A DNA stretch of 64,000 nucleotides from the human T2T-CHM13v2.0 reference genome, Homo sapiens: the NCBI RefSeq assembly GCF_009914755.1, contig NC_060942.1; one strand, written 5' to 3'. Shown here piece after piece: positions 29,319-40,867 of the stretch (within the stretch, counting starts at the first letter, position 1; each line of letters opens with the position of its first letter). The notes beneath the pieces are model-generated. The model saw only the letters and a list, made by a program, of their open reading frames with translations, did no database searches and was not told the origin of the DNA. A program made the position numbers and the translations under genes.

Positions 29319-29520
29319 CTAAAAAGAAGTGCTTAAAAGGTATTGCCTAAGTTGGCACCAGAGTTGGGGAGTTTTAAGAGGTTTAGAAGCCTGGCCGTCA
29401 ATACCCACAATAGGTATGGAGGCAAGGGAAACAGGCCCTTGAAAATAAGGTAATGTGGAGTGGGTAGCCTCCGTATTGGTTAACAAGGGGACGGACTTAC
29501 CTTCCACTTTGAGAGTTACC
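29319..29520 (-). pseudogene. pro: HERV-H protease remnant
   Basis: LLTNTEATHSTL is a degenerate DTGA active site, followed by IVGIDGQ. Confidence 0.85.
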
Positions 29521-29599
29521 TAGAGCATCTGTGATGGCCCTGTAGGCCTCTGAGGCGATCGGGCAGTGTCAGTCTTCAGCTGCTAAACCGAGAAGATCT

Positions 29600-30300
29600 G
29601 GGAAGGAGTCAGTCAGAGAGCCTTGGGCCAGAGTTCCAGGGGCTCTGGAAGTGGCTGCCAGGTGAGTTGAACAGTCCGATTTTCAGTGGGGTCCTGCACA
29701 GATGGGACACAGCTTAGGAGAAATCCCGGGCTGTGGGCATTCCTTGGCCCAGTGGCCAGATTTCTGGCACTTGTAGCAAGCTCCAGGGGGAGGAGGTTCT
29801 GGAGGAACCCCTGGCAGCTGCGGTTCAGGCGTATGGAGTTCTTGTGTGCTGGAGATGTAGCTGGGGTTTCTCTCACAGTGGAGGCAAGGAATTGCAGCTC
29901 AGAAATACATTGCTACTTGGCTGCCTCTATTATTGTACACCTTGAAGGTGAGGTTAATTAAGTCCTGTTGTGGGGTTTGAGGGCCGGAATTTAATTTTTG
30001 GAGCTTTATTTCATGTCGGGAACAGATTAGGTAATAAAATAAAATGCATATTGAGAATAAGACGGCCTTCTGACCTTTCAGGGTCTAGGGCTGTAAAGCG
30101 TCTCAGGGTTGCTGCCAAATGAGCCATGAACTGGGCTGGGTTTTTCATATTTGATGAAAAGAGCCTAAACACTAACTGATTTTGGGAGAGGTTGGATAAA
30201 GAAAAAGAAGAATTAACCTTGACTATGCCTTTAGCTCCAGCCACCTTTTTAAGAGGAAATTTCTGGGCAGGTGGGGGAAAGCTAGTCAAGGAATGAAACT
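29600..30300 (-). pseudogene. gag: HERV-H gag remnant with nucleocapsid zinc knuckles
   Basis: 29778->29737 reads CYKCQKSGHWAKEC (intact CCHC). The second knuckle, CPICAGPH*KSDC, carries a stop. Confidence 0.88.
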
Positions 30301-30904
30301 GTAAGCTGGACCAGGTGTGAGGAGGGGAGGTGATAACAGGATTATAGGGTGGGGGAGCCGAGGCTGAGGAATAATTGAGACCTGGCTCAACCTGGCAAGG
30401 AGGGGAGAGGTCAGATGGGTCTGTAGAAAAAGAAGATTAGAAAGACTCAGCGACGCTTGGGGTTGAGACTGAGGGGATAGGCGGGAGGGAAGGAAGGAGG
30501 ATTTGGGACGAGTCGCATTGGGAACAGAGACTAGGAAGGGAACAATGTGTAAAAGAATGCCTGGATGTCAGGCACCTCAGACCATTTGCCCATTTTATGA
30601 TGAGAATTATCTAGATCTTGTAGGATGGAAAAATCGAAAATGCAACTTTTTGGCTATTTGGAACCACTGTCTAGTTTGTATTGGGGTCAAGTGGCATTGT
30701 AGAAGAAAATAAGGCATTTAGGTTTTAGGTCAGGTGTGAGTTGAAGAGGTTTTAAGTTCTTGAGAACACAGGCTAAGGGAGAAGATGGAGGAGTGGAGGG
30801 TGGAAGCTTGCCCATAGTGAAGGAGGCAAGCCCAGAGAGAGAGTAGAGACACGGAGAGAAGGGGTTTGGGGGTTCTTACCCTCCAGAAAAGTGGGAAAGG
30901 TGTT

Positions 30905-30972
30905 GGGGAGTGGAAATAAGGGGTTGGGGCACAGAGATAAGAGGTTGGGGCACAGAAATAAGGGGCTGGGGG
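30905..30972. repeat. 21-bp tandem repeat (about 3 copies) in the HERV-H leader
   Basis: gaaataaggggttggggcaca units, visible as (TEIRGWG)n in ORF 30910-31128. Confidence 0.85.
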
Positions 30973-31365
30973 GTTCTTTCCCCCCAGAAAAGCAGAGAAG
31001 GGGTAGAGACAGGGAGAGAAGGGGTCAGGGTTTTTGCCCCTCCCCCCAGAAAAGTGGGACTTGCCGCTAAGGGTGAAGGACCAAGGCAGGCATCCCTGTA
31101 TGGTCAGACACCTCTGAAACGTAGATGAATAATCAGAGAGGTATCCCTGCAATGATTAAACACCAAGAGAAGGCTGCCTTCCTGAGTCCATGACCGGCGC
31201 TGGAGTTTTGGGTCCACAGATAAAACCTGTCTCCTTTGTCTCTACCAGAAAATGAAAGGAATTGAAATTAAGAGAAGGGAGAGATTGAAGGGTGGTGCCA
31301 AGATTGAAAGGAGAAAGTGGTTGAGGGATAGTGAGAGAGGTTGGAGAAGACAGTAAGAATAGGCC

Positions 31366-31374
31366 ACTTACCCT
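31366..31374 (-). other. HERV-H leader splice donor AGG|GTAAGT
   Basis: Minus strand reads ttttaaatagg|gtaagtggcc, about 125 nt downstream of the PBS, where HERV-H has its main donor. Confidence 0.75.
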
Positions 31375-31497
31375 ATTTAAAATTGGTGAGATGTTCCTTG
31401 GGCTGGTGGGTCTGAGGACCCGAGCTTGTAGGTGGATCTTTTTCATGGAGCAAAGAGCAGGAGGACAGGGGATTGATCTGCCAAGGGAGGTCCCCCG

Positions 31498-31515
31498 ATC
31501 CTAGTCATGGCACCA
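31498..31515 (-). other. Primer-binding site, tRNA-His
   Basis: TGGTGCCATGACTAGGAT, 16/18 match to TGGTGCCGTGACTCGGAT, 2 nt inside the 5' LTR end. Confidence 0.93.
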
Positions 31516-31517
31516 AA

Positions 31518-31969
31518 TTTCACTTGCATCTGTGTGAAGAGACCACCAAACAGGCTTTGTGTGAGCAATAAAGCTTTTAATCACCTGGGTGCAGGTGGGC
31601 TGAGTCTGAAAAGAGAGTCAGTGAAGGGAGATAAGAGGGGGGATGTTTTATAGGATTTGGGTAGATAAAGGAAAATTACAGTCAAAGGGGATTTGTTCTC
31701 GGGTGGGTAGGAGTGGGGGGTCGCAAGGTGCTCAGTGGGGGAGCTTTTTGAGCCAGGATGAGCCAGGGAAAGGACTTTCACAAGGTAATGTCATCACTTA
31801 AGGCAAGGACCAGCCATTTTCACTTCTTTTGTGGTGGAATGTCATCAGTTAAGGCGGGGCAGGGCATTTTCACTTCTTTTGTGATTCTTCAGTTACTTCA
31901 GGCCATCTGGGTATATACGTGCAAGTCACAGGGGATGTGATGGCTTGACTTGGGCTCAGAGGCCTGACA
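31518..31969 (-). promoter_or_regulatory. HERV-H 5' LTR7 (complete, 452 bp) promoter/enhancer
   Basis: Starts TGTCAGGCCTCTGAGCCC. Two roughly 50-bp U3 repeats each carry ACAAAAGA (31875-31882, 31825-31832). TATAAAA at 31646-31652. Confidence 0.95.
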
Positions 31970-32074
31970 GGATCTGTATTTGCTGAATTTTTTAACATTA
32001 ACTCCATACCTACGGATGATAAATGCTCAATAAATATTTGTTAAATTAATGGATAGAAATTATTTTGAATGCCA

Positions 32075-32392
32075 TATTACTTTGTTAGGGTTGAGATACA
32101 AAGTACCACATATTGGGTGACTTAAACCACAAAAATTGATTTTCTTACAATTTTGAAGACTAAGACCAACGTGTTAGCTGAATTGGTTACTGTAGGGACC
32201 TTTCTCCTTGGCTTGAAGATGGCCACCTTCTGTTTGTTTTATTTTTTTCAGATGGCCTTTGTGCGTGACTGTGTCTTAATTTCCTCCTATAAGAACTCTG
32301 ATAGCCCTATGTCCAAATACAAATTCTGAGGTACTGAGGGATAGGATGCCAACATATAAGTTTTTTGGGAGGTCACAGTTCAACCCATAAAA
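32075..32392 (-). mobile_element. MLT1 (ERVL-MaLR) LTR
   Basis: caaagtaccaca..tgggtgacttaaac; cttggcttgaagatggccaccttct; attctgaggtactg; cacagttcaacccataa. Confidence 0.8.
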
Positions 32393-32639
32393 ATGCATTA
32401 TTAGTATTTGAGCCTAAAGGCAAGTTTAAGAATCAGTGACCTATTTAGGTGTCTCTTAGATTCAGAGGGTCAATTCCATCCTTGATCTTTTACTTCTCAT
32501 TTTATATTTCTATTATCTCCTTTTCCAATAAATTCTTTACCTGTTTATTTTGACCTGAGGGTTTGGGATGGGATCTTACACTTCTGAATCTCTTTAATGT
32601 TTGGATCAGTACTTTACCTTTAACAGATAAATATAACTT

Positions 32640-32825
32640 ACATGTGCACTTTTCAGAGGGCTTTTTCTTTATATTATGTGATAATATATAGATATGATAT
32701 TATTTTCCCCATTTTACTGATGAGCAATAGAAACAATTTGCTCATAGTTATACAACTATAACTATCCCATTAAGGGATAGTTATAAAAAGAAACATGTCT
32801 TCAGACTCTGAAACGAGGTCTTTCT
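32640..32825 (-). mobile_element. MIR fragment
   Basis: tattattttccccattttactgatgag ... tgtcttcagactctgaa. Confidence 0.55.
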
Positions 32826-33642
32826 AAAAATTTTAATTGTTTATATACTAAAAGCTTTCATAGTCCTTACAGAGTCTTTCCAAAAATCCTAAGGTAAGTT
32901 GCAGAAGAAAACTCACTGGAACCCCAAACTTTACTTACAAACATTGAATTTCTGTGGTATTAGTCCCTTTGCATCAATTTCTGCAAGAGCTAAAAATAAC
33001 AAGATTAATGACAGTCATGCACTTGCATCCTCCCTTCCCAGGACCAGTCTGAGTGGTTTATATAAGAGGGGAAGGACTTTTTAGATTTCTGATTGCTCAG
33101 AGAATCTAGAAGGCCAACCCTGCTGGGGTTTGTCCAGGGCTAATGAGAGCATACTGTAATGATGGGATTTCTGTATCTGAGTGATGGCTCCCTAAGCTTC
33201 TACCCTTGAGGTCTTTTCCCTTCCCTACCAACTTATGGGGTAATTTATGCATCCCTCAAGTGTCTGCAGTCAGCCTCAAAGGCACAGGTGATGGGAGGGC
33301 CTCAGAGTCCAGCTCGGTGATAGACAGTTTCCTGCTGTTGGGCATTCCATCTATGTGAAACACTAACGTGTGAAATACCATCTCACTCACAGACTGAATT
33401 ATTTTCTCCTTTCTCATTATTATGACTAAGGAAAGAGAGAATGAGGGTGAGTAAAATTTTTTTTTGGAATAGCATGTTAAAATATGACTATTAAAATATT
33501 AAAATAGCATATTAAAAGTATTAATCTCCTCTCTAAATGGGGCCACTGTGTGCTTTCTAATGTCCATCTAGATATGAGAAACCTCCTTCTCACCATTTTC
33601 TTTCACCTCCAGACATCAATCACCAGTATTATTTAGAATCAA

Positions 33643-33680
33643 GTGTGTGTGTTTGTGTTTGTGTGTGTGTGTGTGTGTGT
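33643..33680. repeat. (GT)n microsatellite
   Basis: Interrupted GT run. Confidence 0.92.
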
Positions 33681-35939
33681 AGGGTGTGACCATCTCTGTG
33701 TAATTCTGATTGTGTACCTTGAGACATACAGAGGATTTCTATTTCTCTTTTTTGCCTAAGAATGTATAATTAGTGTCATTTTATTGGGGAGAAATTTTAT
33801 TTTTTTGTCATTTCTCTGAAGTTGACATTTGATGAGTGTATTCTGAATTCTACCACTCCTCTGGGGAAAAAAATCTCAATGGAAGATTGTACAGTTTAAG
33901 TACTTGTTTTTCCCTCTTGAGGTATGCTATTTTTAAGGTCATTAATTTAAAATAGAAATATTTCTTTAAACCATTGGGGTAAAATTTTTTAAAATATGGT
34001 GCTTTGATATAATTTTGAGAAAAGTGCCTGAATCCTAAAACTAACTGTCTATAAAGTTAAGTCCGTATAACAAATGATTATATATATAACAAAGTAAAAG
34101 TAAATAGTGTAGAATATTAAAGTTCTCTTCCAGGGCAATGGGTATTGTGGGGGATTAAACAGAAGCCCCTTTGCTATGATCAACTGCAAAGGAAAGAAAC
34201 TAAATATGGTTCAGTGATAAACAAAAATAGCAAAGACTGATCAGGAAAATGAGAAAGAGCTATGCAAATACAGATGATCACCAGGCCAGAGAATTTTAAG
34301 TGCTAATAGCTTTACTCCTGCATATTCCATCAGTAGAATGAGCTTTTTCTTTTAGTCTAAGTGACACTTTGAAGGTCTTTGCATTCATTACGCTTTTATA
34401 TACTGCTTTTCTTTTCTCTTCTTTTTATTTCATCCAACACACTAAGAAATGAAGAAGTTTATTGATATATTGCCCAATAAAATACAAATCTGTTGCAACA
34501 CAATGCATATATCTTATTAGCATTCTTGTTAGTTCTAAAATTCAATTCATCCATAGACACTTATTCCCAGCCTTCAAATGGAAAGCTCTCTTTATGCAAG
34601 AGAAAAAGGTATTTAAAAGTGACCAAATTTTAGAATGAGGAATTGGTTATGCTGAATTTCTGTTCCAAAATCACTAGGTAAAATTTCCATATCTAATAAT
34701 GTATTTTAGGAACAAGCCAAGGTTTGTCATTAAGACATAGTAACATTAAACTAATATTTAAAAATAGATTTAGCTATATTTAATCATGAGAAAAGGATTT
34801 CTGTGGCCAGGACAAAACCCACCTTGATCCTAAAGAGACATTAGCAGTGCCCATGTCAGAGCCTTCTCACATTCTTGGAATAAAGTAAACCACCCCAAGG
34901 AAGGTGAGGGCACCAAATGGATCATTCTTCAAAATGAAAGGCAGTCTCTTACTTTCTCTTGAGACATTTCTTCCCTATTTGGGGATTTTATGACTGCTGT
35001 TCTGGAGAGCCCACATGTTTTGCTTCCATGCAGGCCAAATCCTTCTCTTGGGTTTGGGCAAGAGAAGTTAATCCACCTAACAGCATTTTGATTAGACAAG
35101 AATATCATCTGATCTTATCCAGGGACAAGAAAGTGGCATGACCAAAGGTTCTCCTTATGTCTCTTTCTTTAAATGATTTCCTAATTTTCAGAAGGGTCCT
35201 GGATAGACTAGTTTCTGATAAGGAGATTTTGCTGTGGTGTCTGTTCTTCCAGGTTAAAGGCACACAAAGCCTTCTGTGGTCCACTTGTGCTTGTCTTCTG
35301 AATTCACTGAAACATGGCAGAATAAGGTTAAGGGAAAATGAATTTTGACTTTACATAGTTAAATGAGTAGGAGTTACAGCAAAAAAAAAAAACAATAATA
35401 ATAATAAATAAGTTTTGACTTAGTAAGGGCCTTTTTTAAGAGGAAAAGTCAGAAAGATACTTTTTCAATAGCAGTTATTATAACCCTAAGCTTGAGAGCC
35501 CATGTGCTGCTGAAAAGGATTATGGCTTTTGTATCTTAAAGACATTAGTTGCTAATTGGATTAGCCATCCTTATCAGTTTTGGATTGAGAAATACCCTTG
35601 TAATGACACAGCCTTCCATAATGAAGTGCCATGTTAATGTCTATCAGGTGGTAGGTTAGAAACACAGTTTTGAAGAGTGAATAATGACAGTAGTAACGTT
35701 CTTCAATCTGAATATAAATAATTAAACTGAAAAAATACTATTTTTAAATGTATCTACAAATAAATACGTAAGATTAATGTATATTAGCAATGCATTTAAT
35801 AAACCATACTCATTAAAAATAGAATTTATAAAACCAGAACATCTTGAAAAACTCTAGACATATGGTAACTTTATGGTTGATGCAGTGAGAAAATATCATC
35901 CAAATTTTTTTTATTTTTAATATCCCTTCTATAGTAGAT

Positions 35940-36150
35940 TGAGGGCTATTGGCCTCAATTTGTTCAGGTCCTTCGTTTTACACTGACTTTGAGCTTGGTC
36001 ATAATACTTGCTTTGGACAGTGGGATGGAAGTAGGCATGATGCCTAGAGACTTGACATGCACCTTTTCATGGTGTTTGCCATATTCCTGTTCTTGGAATT
36101 CTGCTACCAAGTGAATGAGTCCAACCTAGTCTACAGGAGGATGAGCACAC
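35940..36150 (+). mobile_element. MLT1-type LTR fragment
   Basis: tgactttgagcttggtcataatacttgctttgg...ctagtctacaggaggatgag. Confidence 0.55.
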
Positions 36151-36166
36151 GCGCTCACACACCCAC

Positions 36167-36522
36167 ACAATTATGTGCTCCTTGAGACATTTCTATCAAT
36201 AATGGACCACATATGCAATGGTGGTCCCCGAAGATTATGAGATTTTGATACAGTATTTTTAATATACCTTTTCCAGGTTTAGATATGTTTGGATATACAA
36301 ATAATTACCATTGTGTTACAATTGCCTACAGTATTCTGTATGGTAACATGTTGGACAGATTTATAGCCTAGGAGCAATAGGTCATGCCATATGTCCTAGA
36401 TATGTGGTAGGCTATGCCATCTAGGTTTGTGTAAGTATATCCTGCAATGTTTGCACGACAGTGAAATTGCCTGAGGACATATTTCTCAGAATTTATCCAC
36501 ATTGTTAAGTAACACATGAGTG
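36167..36522 (+). mobile_element. Tigger3/MER7-type DNA transposon (non-autonomous)
   Basis: ggtggtcccc.aagatta; ttaccattgtgttacaattgcctacagtatt; tagcctaggagcaatagg; ccatctaggtttgtgtaagta. Confidence 0.85.
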
Positions 36523-36539
36523 TGTGTATGTGTGTGTGT

Positions 36540-37300
36540 GTATATTACATTTCTTTATCCATTTATTTGTTGTTTAACACAGATTGATTCCATATCTTGG
36601 TTATTTTAAATAACATTTCAATGAACATAGGAATGCATATATATTTTTGAGATACTGATTGTATTTCCTTTAGATATATATCCAGAAGTGGAATTGTTGG
36701 ATCATATGAGATGTCTATTTTAAATCTTTTTGTGAACCTCCATACCGTTTTCCAAAATGACTGTATCAATTTACATCTCCACCAACAGCATACAAGGGTT
36801 TCCTTTTTTAACACATCCTTGTCAACACTTACCTTCTGTATTTTTGATGATAGTCATTTTAATGACTGGAAGGTAACATTGTGGTTTTGATTTACATTTC
36901 CATGATGACTAGTAATGTCAACTTCTAAAAAATATGCCTGGTAGCTATTTGTACGTCTTCTTTTGAGAAATGTCTATGCAGGTTCCTTTGTTTATTTTTA
37001 AACTGGGTTATTGTCATTATTTTTTTGCTATTGAGTTGAGTTTTTACATATTTTTGGATATTACCTCCTCATCAGATGTATAAATAGTCAATATTTTTTC
37101 ACATTTTGCAGGTTTTTTCCCATTTTGCAGGAAACAACTCTGCTGGTTGTTTCCTTTGCTGTACAGAAAGAAGCTTTTAAATTTGGTACAATCTCATTTG
37201 CCTATTTTTGCTTTTGCTGCCTGTACTTTGGGGGCCATATCAAAAAAATTGTTGCCCAGAGCAATCTCAAGAAACTTTTTTCACTTTGTTTTCTTCTAAA
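36540..37300 (-). mobile_element. L1MA/MB fragment (ORF2 C-terminus)
   Basis: ORF 36563-36814 (CWWRCKLIQSFWKTVWRF..YDPTIPLL) is decayed ORF2p. Confidence 0.88.
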
Positions 37301-37361
37301 AGGCAGCGATTTTTAATGAAATTCCTTATATTCTTCTCAGGGAGAAAAATGAGACTCTAAA

Positions 37362-37572
37362 GCGCAGTTTCTCAGTGTGTGGCCCACAGGTCCCATACAT
37401 CAGTTCTATATGACTATTGAAAATTCAGATTCCTGAATACTACTCCCATAAACTGAACTAGAATTTCTGTGGAGTACATGGTGAAGGGGAGTGGGAATGA
37501 AGCCTGGGAAACTGTATTATTCATTAAAAATCCATGTAGTTAGACTTTTGATCCAGTGCTTTGAGAGAATGA
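37362..37572. mobile_element. MER5-type hAT transposon remnant
   Basis: cagtttctcagtgtgtggccc...aaattcagattcctg...tttgagagaatg. Confidence 0.55.
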
Positions 37573-38315
37573 ATTTTAACAAAAACTCAAGCAATTAAAA
37601 TGACCAAATAAAACTAAGCTACTTGAGACCAATGAGAGAAAATTGGAGGCTCCCTCCTTAGCTGAAGTGGAAAAGAAGAGATCAGGAGACAGAGCAGGAA
37701 GAAGGGGGCAAATGTATCTTGCAAAATGGCAAGAGGCTTTGGCCTCTCTGGAGACACATAATCAGCCAGGAACCTCTGACGGGGGGACTGGCAGAACATT
37801 TAAGCACAGGAGCATTTTCTCAGCAAGTTCAAGGTGGTTGTGTTGCTGAAATAGTGAATATTCCCCACCTAGTATTTTCTACCTCCATTTATTCAATAAC
37901 AGTCATCACAGTTTTAGATGCTTTCATTATGTTTTTTTTAAAATTGTTTTTGGTTTCGATAGTGTATGTGTTTGTGAGCAAGACCTGGCTTGGTGATTCA
38001 CAGGTGGGTCAGTGCTGTGGGGAACAGAGAAAGCAGGCTTGGAAGGATACACTCGAAGGCAAAAGTCATCCTGAGACTCTGAACCTCGACAGAACTAGCA
38101 GAAGTCTAAAGGACAGCTTTGCATGTCCACACAGGGTGTATTAGTGTTTGTTTATAGTCAATATCATCTCAAGGACTTGGGAGGTCTGGAGGGCAACTAG
38201 GTCACATAATTAAACCATTGCCAGTAGCCATCTTCTGTTTGGTTTGTGTGGTGCCAGCCAAGGCCTCCAGACACAGTCAGTGGATACTGTTAACTGCTAC
38301 TTCTTCTACAGATGG

Positions 38316-38675
38316 TGATATGGTTTGGCTCTGTGTCACCACCAAATCTCCTCTTGAATTGTAATCCTCACATGTTGAGGGAGAGACCCGCTGGGAGGTG
38401 ATTGGATCATGGGGTCAGTTTCCCCCATACTGTTCTCATGATAGTGAGGGAGTTCTCATGAGATCTGATGGCTTAAAAGGGGCAATTTCCCCTGCACTCT
38501 CTCTCTCTCTCCTTCTGCCATGTAAGATTTGCCTTGCTTCCCCTTCCCCTTCTGCCATGACTGTAAGTTTCCTGAGGCCTTCCCAGTCATGCAGAACTGT
38601 GAGTCAAACCTCTTTTGCTTATAAATCACCCAGTCTCAGGTATTCTTCACAGCAGTGAGAAAACAGTCTAATACA
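38316..38675 (+). mobile_element. THE1D/MST-type solo LTR
   Basis: tgatatggtttggctctgtgtc ... ctaataca, with perfect 5-bp TSD GATGG at 38311-38315 and 38676-38680. Confidence 0.95.
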
Positions 38676-38735
38676 GATGGTGTCTCTTGAATAACCTCCG
38701 GCAGCTGAGAGGCAACATGTTTGCAGCCCTGAAGA

Positions 38736-38850
38736 TAAATGTGCCATTGTTCCTTTCCTGCATCCCAGTCATAATGCAGTATTGGCTAGTCCTAAATGTG
38801 CCATTGTTCCTTTCCTGCATCCCAGTCACAGTGCATTATTGGCTAGTCCT
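38736..38850. repeat. 57-bp tandem duplication (2 copies)
   Basis: taaatgtgccattgttcctttcctgcatcccagtca...attggctagtcc twice, with 3 mismatches. Confidence 0.95.
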
Positions 38851-40867
38851 CTAATCTGACAGTCCCTCCACCCAGCTTTTGAATCAACAACCTCAGCAAA
38901 ACACAGAGTGGCTCTCTCAGGGATGAGTTTTTTTTAAGCAGTCCAGACATCTTAACTTCCTTCTTTCTGATTCACTAGAGGTGAAAGAGTACAGTACAAA
39001 GAGCAAGAAAGGTGAACAACTTTTTTATGCAAGCAGAGAGCAAAGTCACAGGACTGTTGATATTCTTAAAAAATCATGCTAGCATACGGATACTGCAAGA
39101 AGGTCTTGCACCTTATTTACAACAAACATTGGAAGAAATTATTTCTATGTAGGATGTAAATAAGCATGCTATATATTTGGTAATTTGTACAGATAACTTT
39201 GTAAAGGGAACTGATTCTTGAGATTAGGCTAGTCCAATCTCCGTTAATGTTAAGAGAAACTGAGCTCCAAAGAAATTAATGACTTTTCTGGACTCATAGA
39301 TTTGATTGTTGTACAGATGATCAATAAAAAAGAAGCTCAAGTTATTTTTTTTCTCTGTTACAAATCAACTTGCAATGAGTCAACAATAAGCCTAGAGTTA
39401 AAACAATATGAACAAAGAAGTCAAGACAGTGAAAACATTTTCTTGATGTAAATACACTTAAATTTATGGCAACTCTATAATGAAAAGATGTTTCAAGCAA
39501 TTGCCTACATAATTCCAGCCACATAACAAAGGCCTCATTCTTTTGCATTTTAAAATCCTGATTTAATAGATTGTTTCCAATTTGTTTTGCTTGAGCTATA
39601 TCTACACCATATTTAAAATCTGTTCTATTTTCTTAGCCATTGCCTTAGAAGAGTCTCTAATTTTCTTTTTTTCCCAACCATAGAAATTGCTTCCAGACTG
39701 GTCTGCTTGCTCAATCTGTGCTGTAGATTGTTGCCATCTTCTAAATCATTGCCTGATCATGATCTTGCCCTGTTCAAAGCCCTTGATAATTTTATTTTAC
39801 TGAAATATTCGTATAAAAGAACTATTAAGATTAGTCCAAACTGCTCACAATTTCAGTTTGCTGTCACAGAATCTTTTTTATTTTCTTTTTTTTTTCTGTG
39901 ACTCTTTACCCTCCATTCCTTTCCAAACTTCTCTCCCAATATTTCATGCATTCTATGCTCCAGGCACAAGAAACTAGGCATCATCCTTGAATATATCAAG
40001 AGCTATTCCTTCCGTCTGTGAGACCCTTCTTCTCTTTCTCTGAATGTCTAAATCATTTCCATCCATGATCGCCAAGGTTATATGTAACTTTTCTATTACT
40101 TTGAATCCCTTCTGCTTAAATTATTTGTCCTGCATGAGTTTGCACTGCATATTTTGTTTTTCTTTTTGTGGGTGTGGAATGAAACTTACTTACAGGAATC
40201 TGATATAAAGTTAGTGTAGGGCATTTTTGTTAAGTGAAATTGCTTTCTTAGAAAAAAAAAATAATTCTCAGACTCCAAATTTGACAAAGGAACATACGTA
40301 TTCTGTAAGGAACTGGTGTGTTAATGTTAAAAGAATACTTTTACTTCTAGAACCCCAGAATTCTGATGCTGGGGTTTAAGCACTGACTTTAACACCTATC
40401 AGCTTTGTGAAAATAGTCAAGTTCTTTGTAATTTTTGCCTCTGTTTTCTCATCTAAAAAATACTAATTTCATCAGGTTTCTAGAAATATTAAATGTGTTG
40501 TAACATGTAACTCATTTATAATAGTATCTAACAATAAGTGCCCCAAAATATTATCTATTCTTATAATAATGGAGAGTAAGCCAAACACATGAACAAAGGT
40601 TTTGTTCTAATAGCGACCTATTTCTTGTTTCTTTCAAATATGTTTTAACCTTTAAAAATATTTTTATTCATGAGCTGAAATTAGTAATCTTGTCTTTTAT
40701 CTCCTTAAGCATAGAATAAATATTATTCTAAAATCTGTACTTAAAAATTCCAATTAACTAGAGTCTTGTAGGTCTAATTCTAATTTATGTTGTTTTTATT
40801 GGGTCTCATAGATGTGGTCTTGTGTTCTAACAAAAATCTAACTTGATTTTTGTTCATTGTTTGTTTC

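Larger units (their letters stand above)
26265..31969 (-). mobile_element. HERV-H provirus (LTR7 type), internally deleted, non-coding
   Basis: Two LTRs, 5-bp TSD GGATC (26260-26264 and 31970-31974), tRNA-His PBS, and gag/pro/pol remnants. Confidence 0.98.
26020..32055 (+). mobile_element. L2 3' fragment split by HERV-H (halves at about 26020-26264 and 31970-32055)
   Basis: tgtttgtctccaccattagattataaact...tgagggcagaaac on the left; tgctcaataaatatttgttaaattaat on the right. Confidence 0.65.

Noticed and set aside
30780-31060. Repeat-spacer-like periodicity (CRISPR-like)
   Set aside because: G-rich tandem repeats of the HERV-H leader, with no unique spacers, in a eukaryotic context.
26861-31446. 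HERV-H ORFs as functional or domesticated proteins
   Set aside because: All are short fragments. The protease catalytic Asp is lost, no RT core or env is found, and a zinc knuckle carries a stop.
35521-35530. tatggctttt resembling the miR-135 5' end
   Set aside because: The match is only 10 nt, the rest differs, and no precursor hairpin is evident.
37719-38144. 141-aa ORF with a hydrophobic stretch
   Set aside because: Non-ATG start, no recognisable family, and the hydrophobicity follows from T-rich composition.
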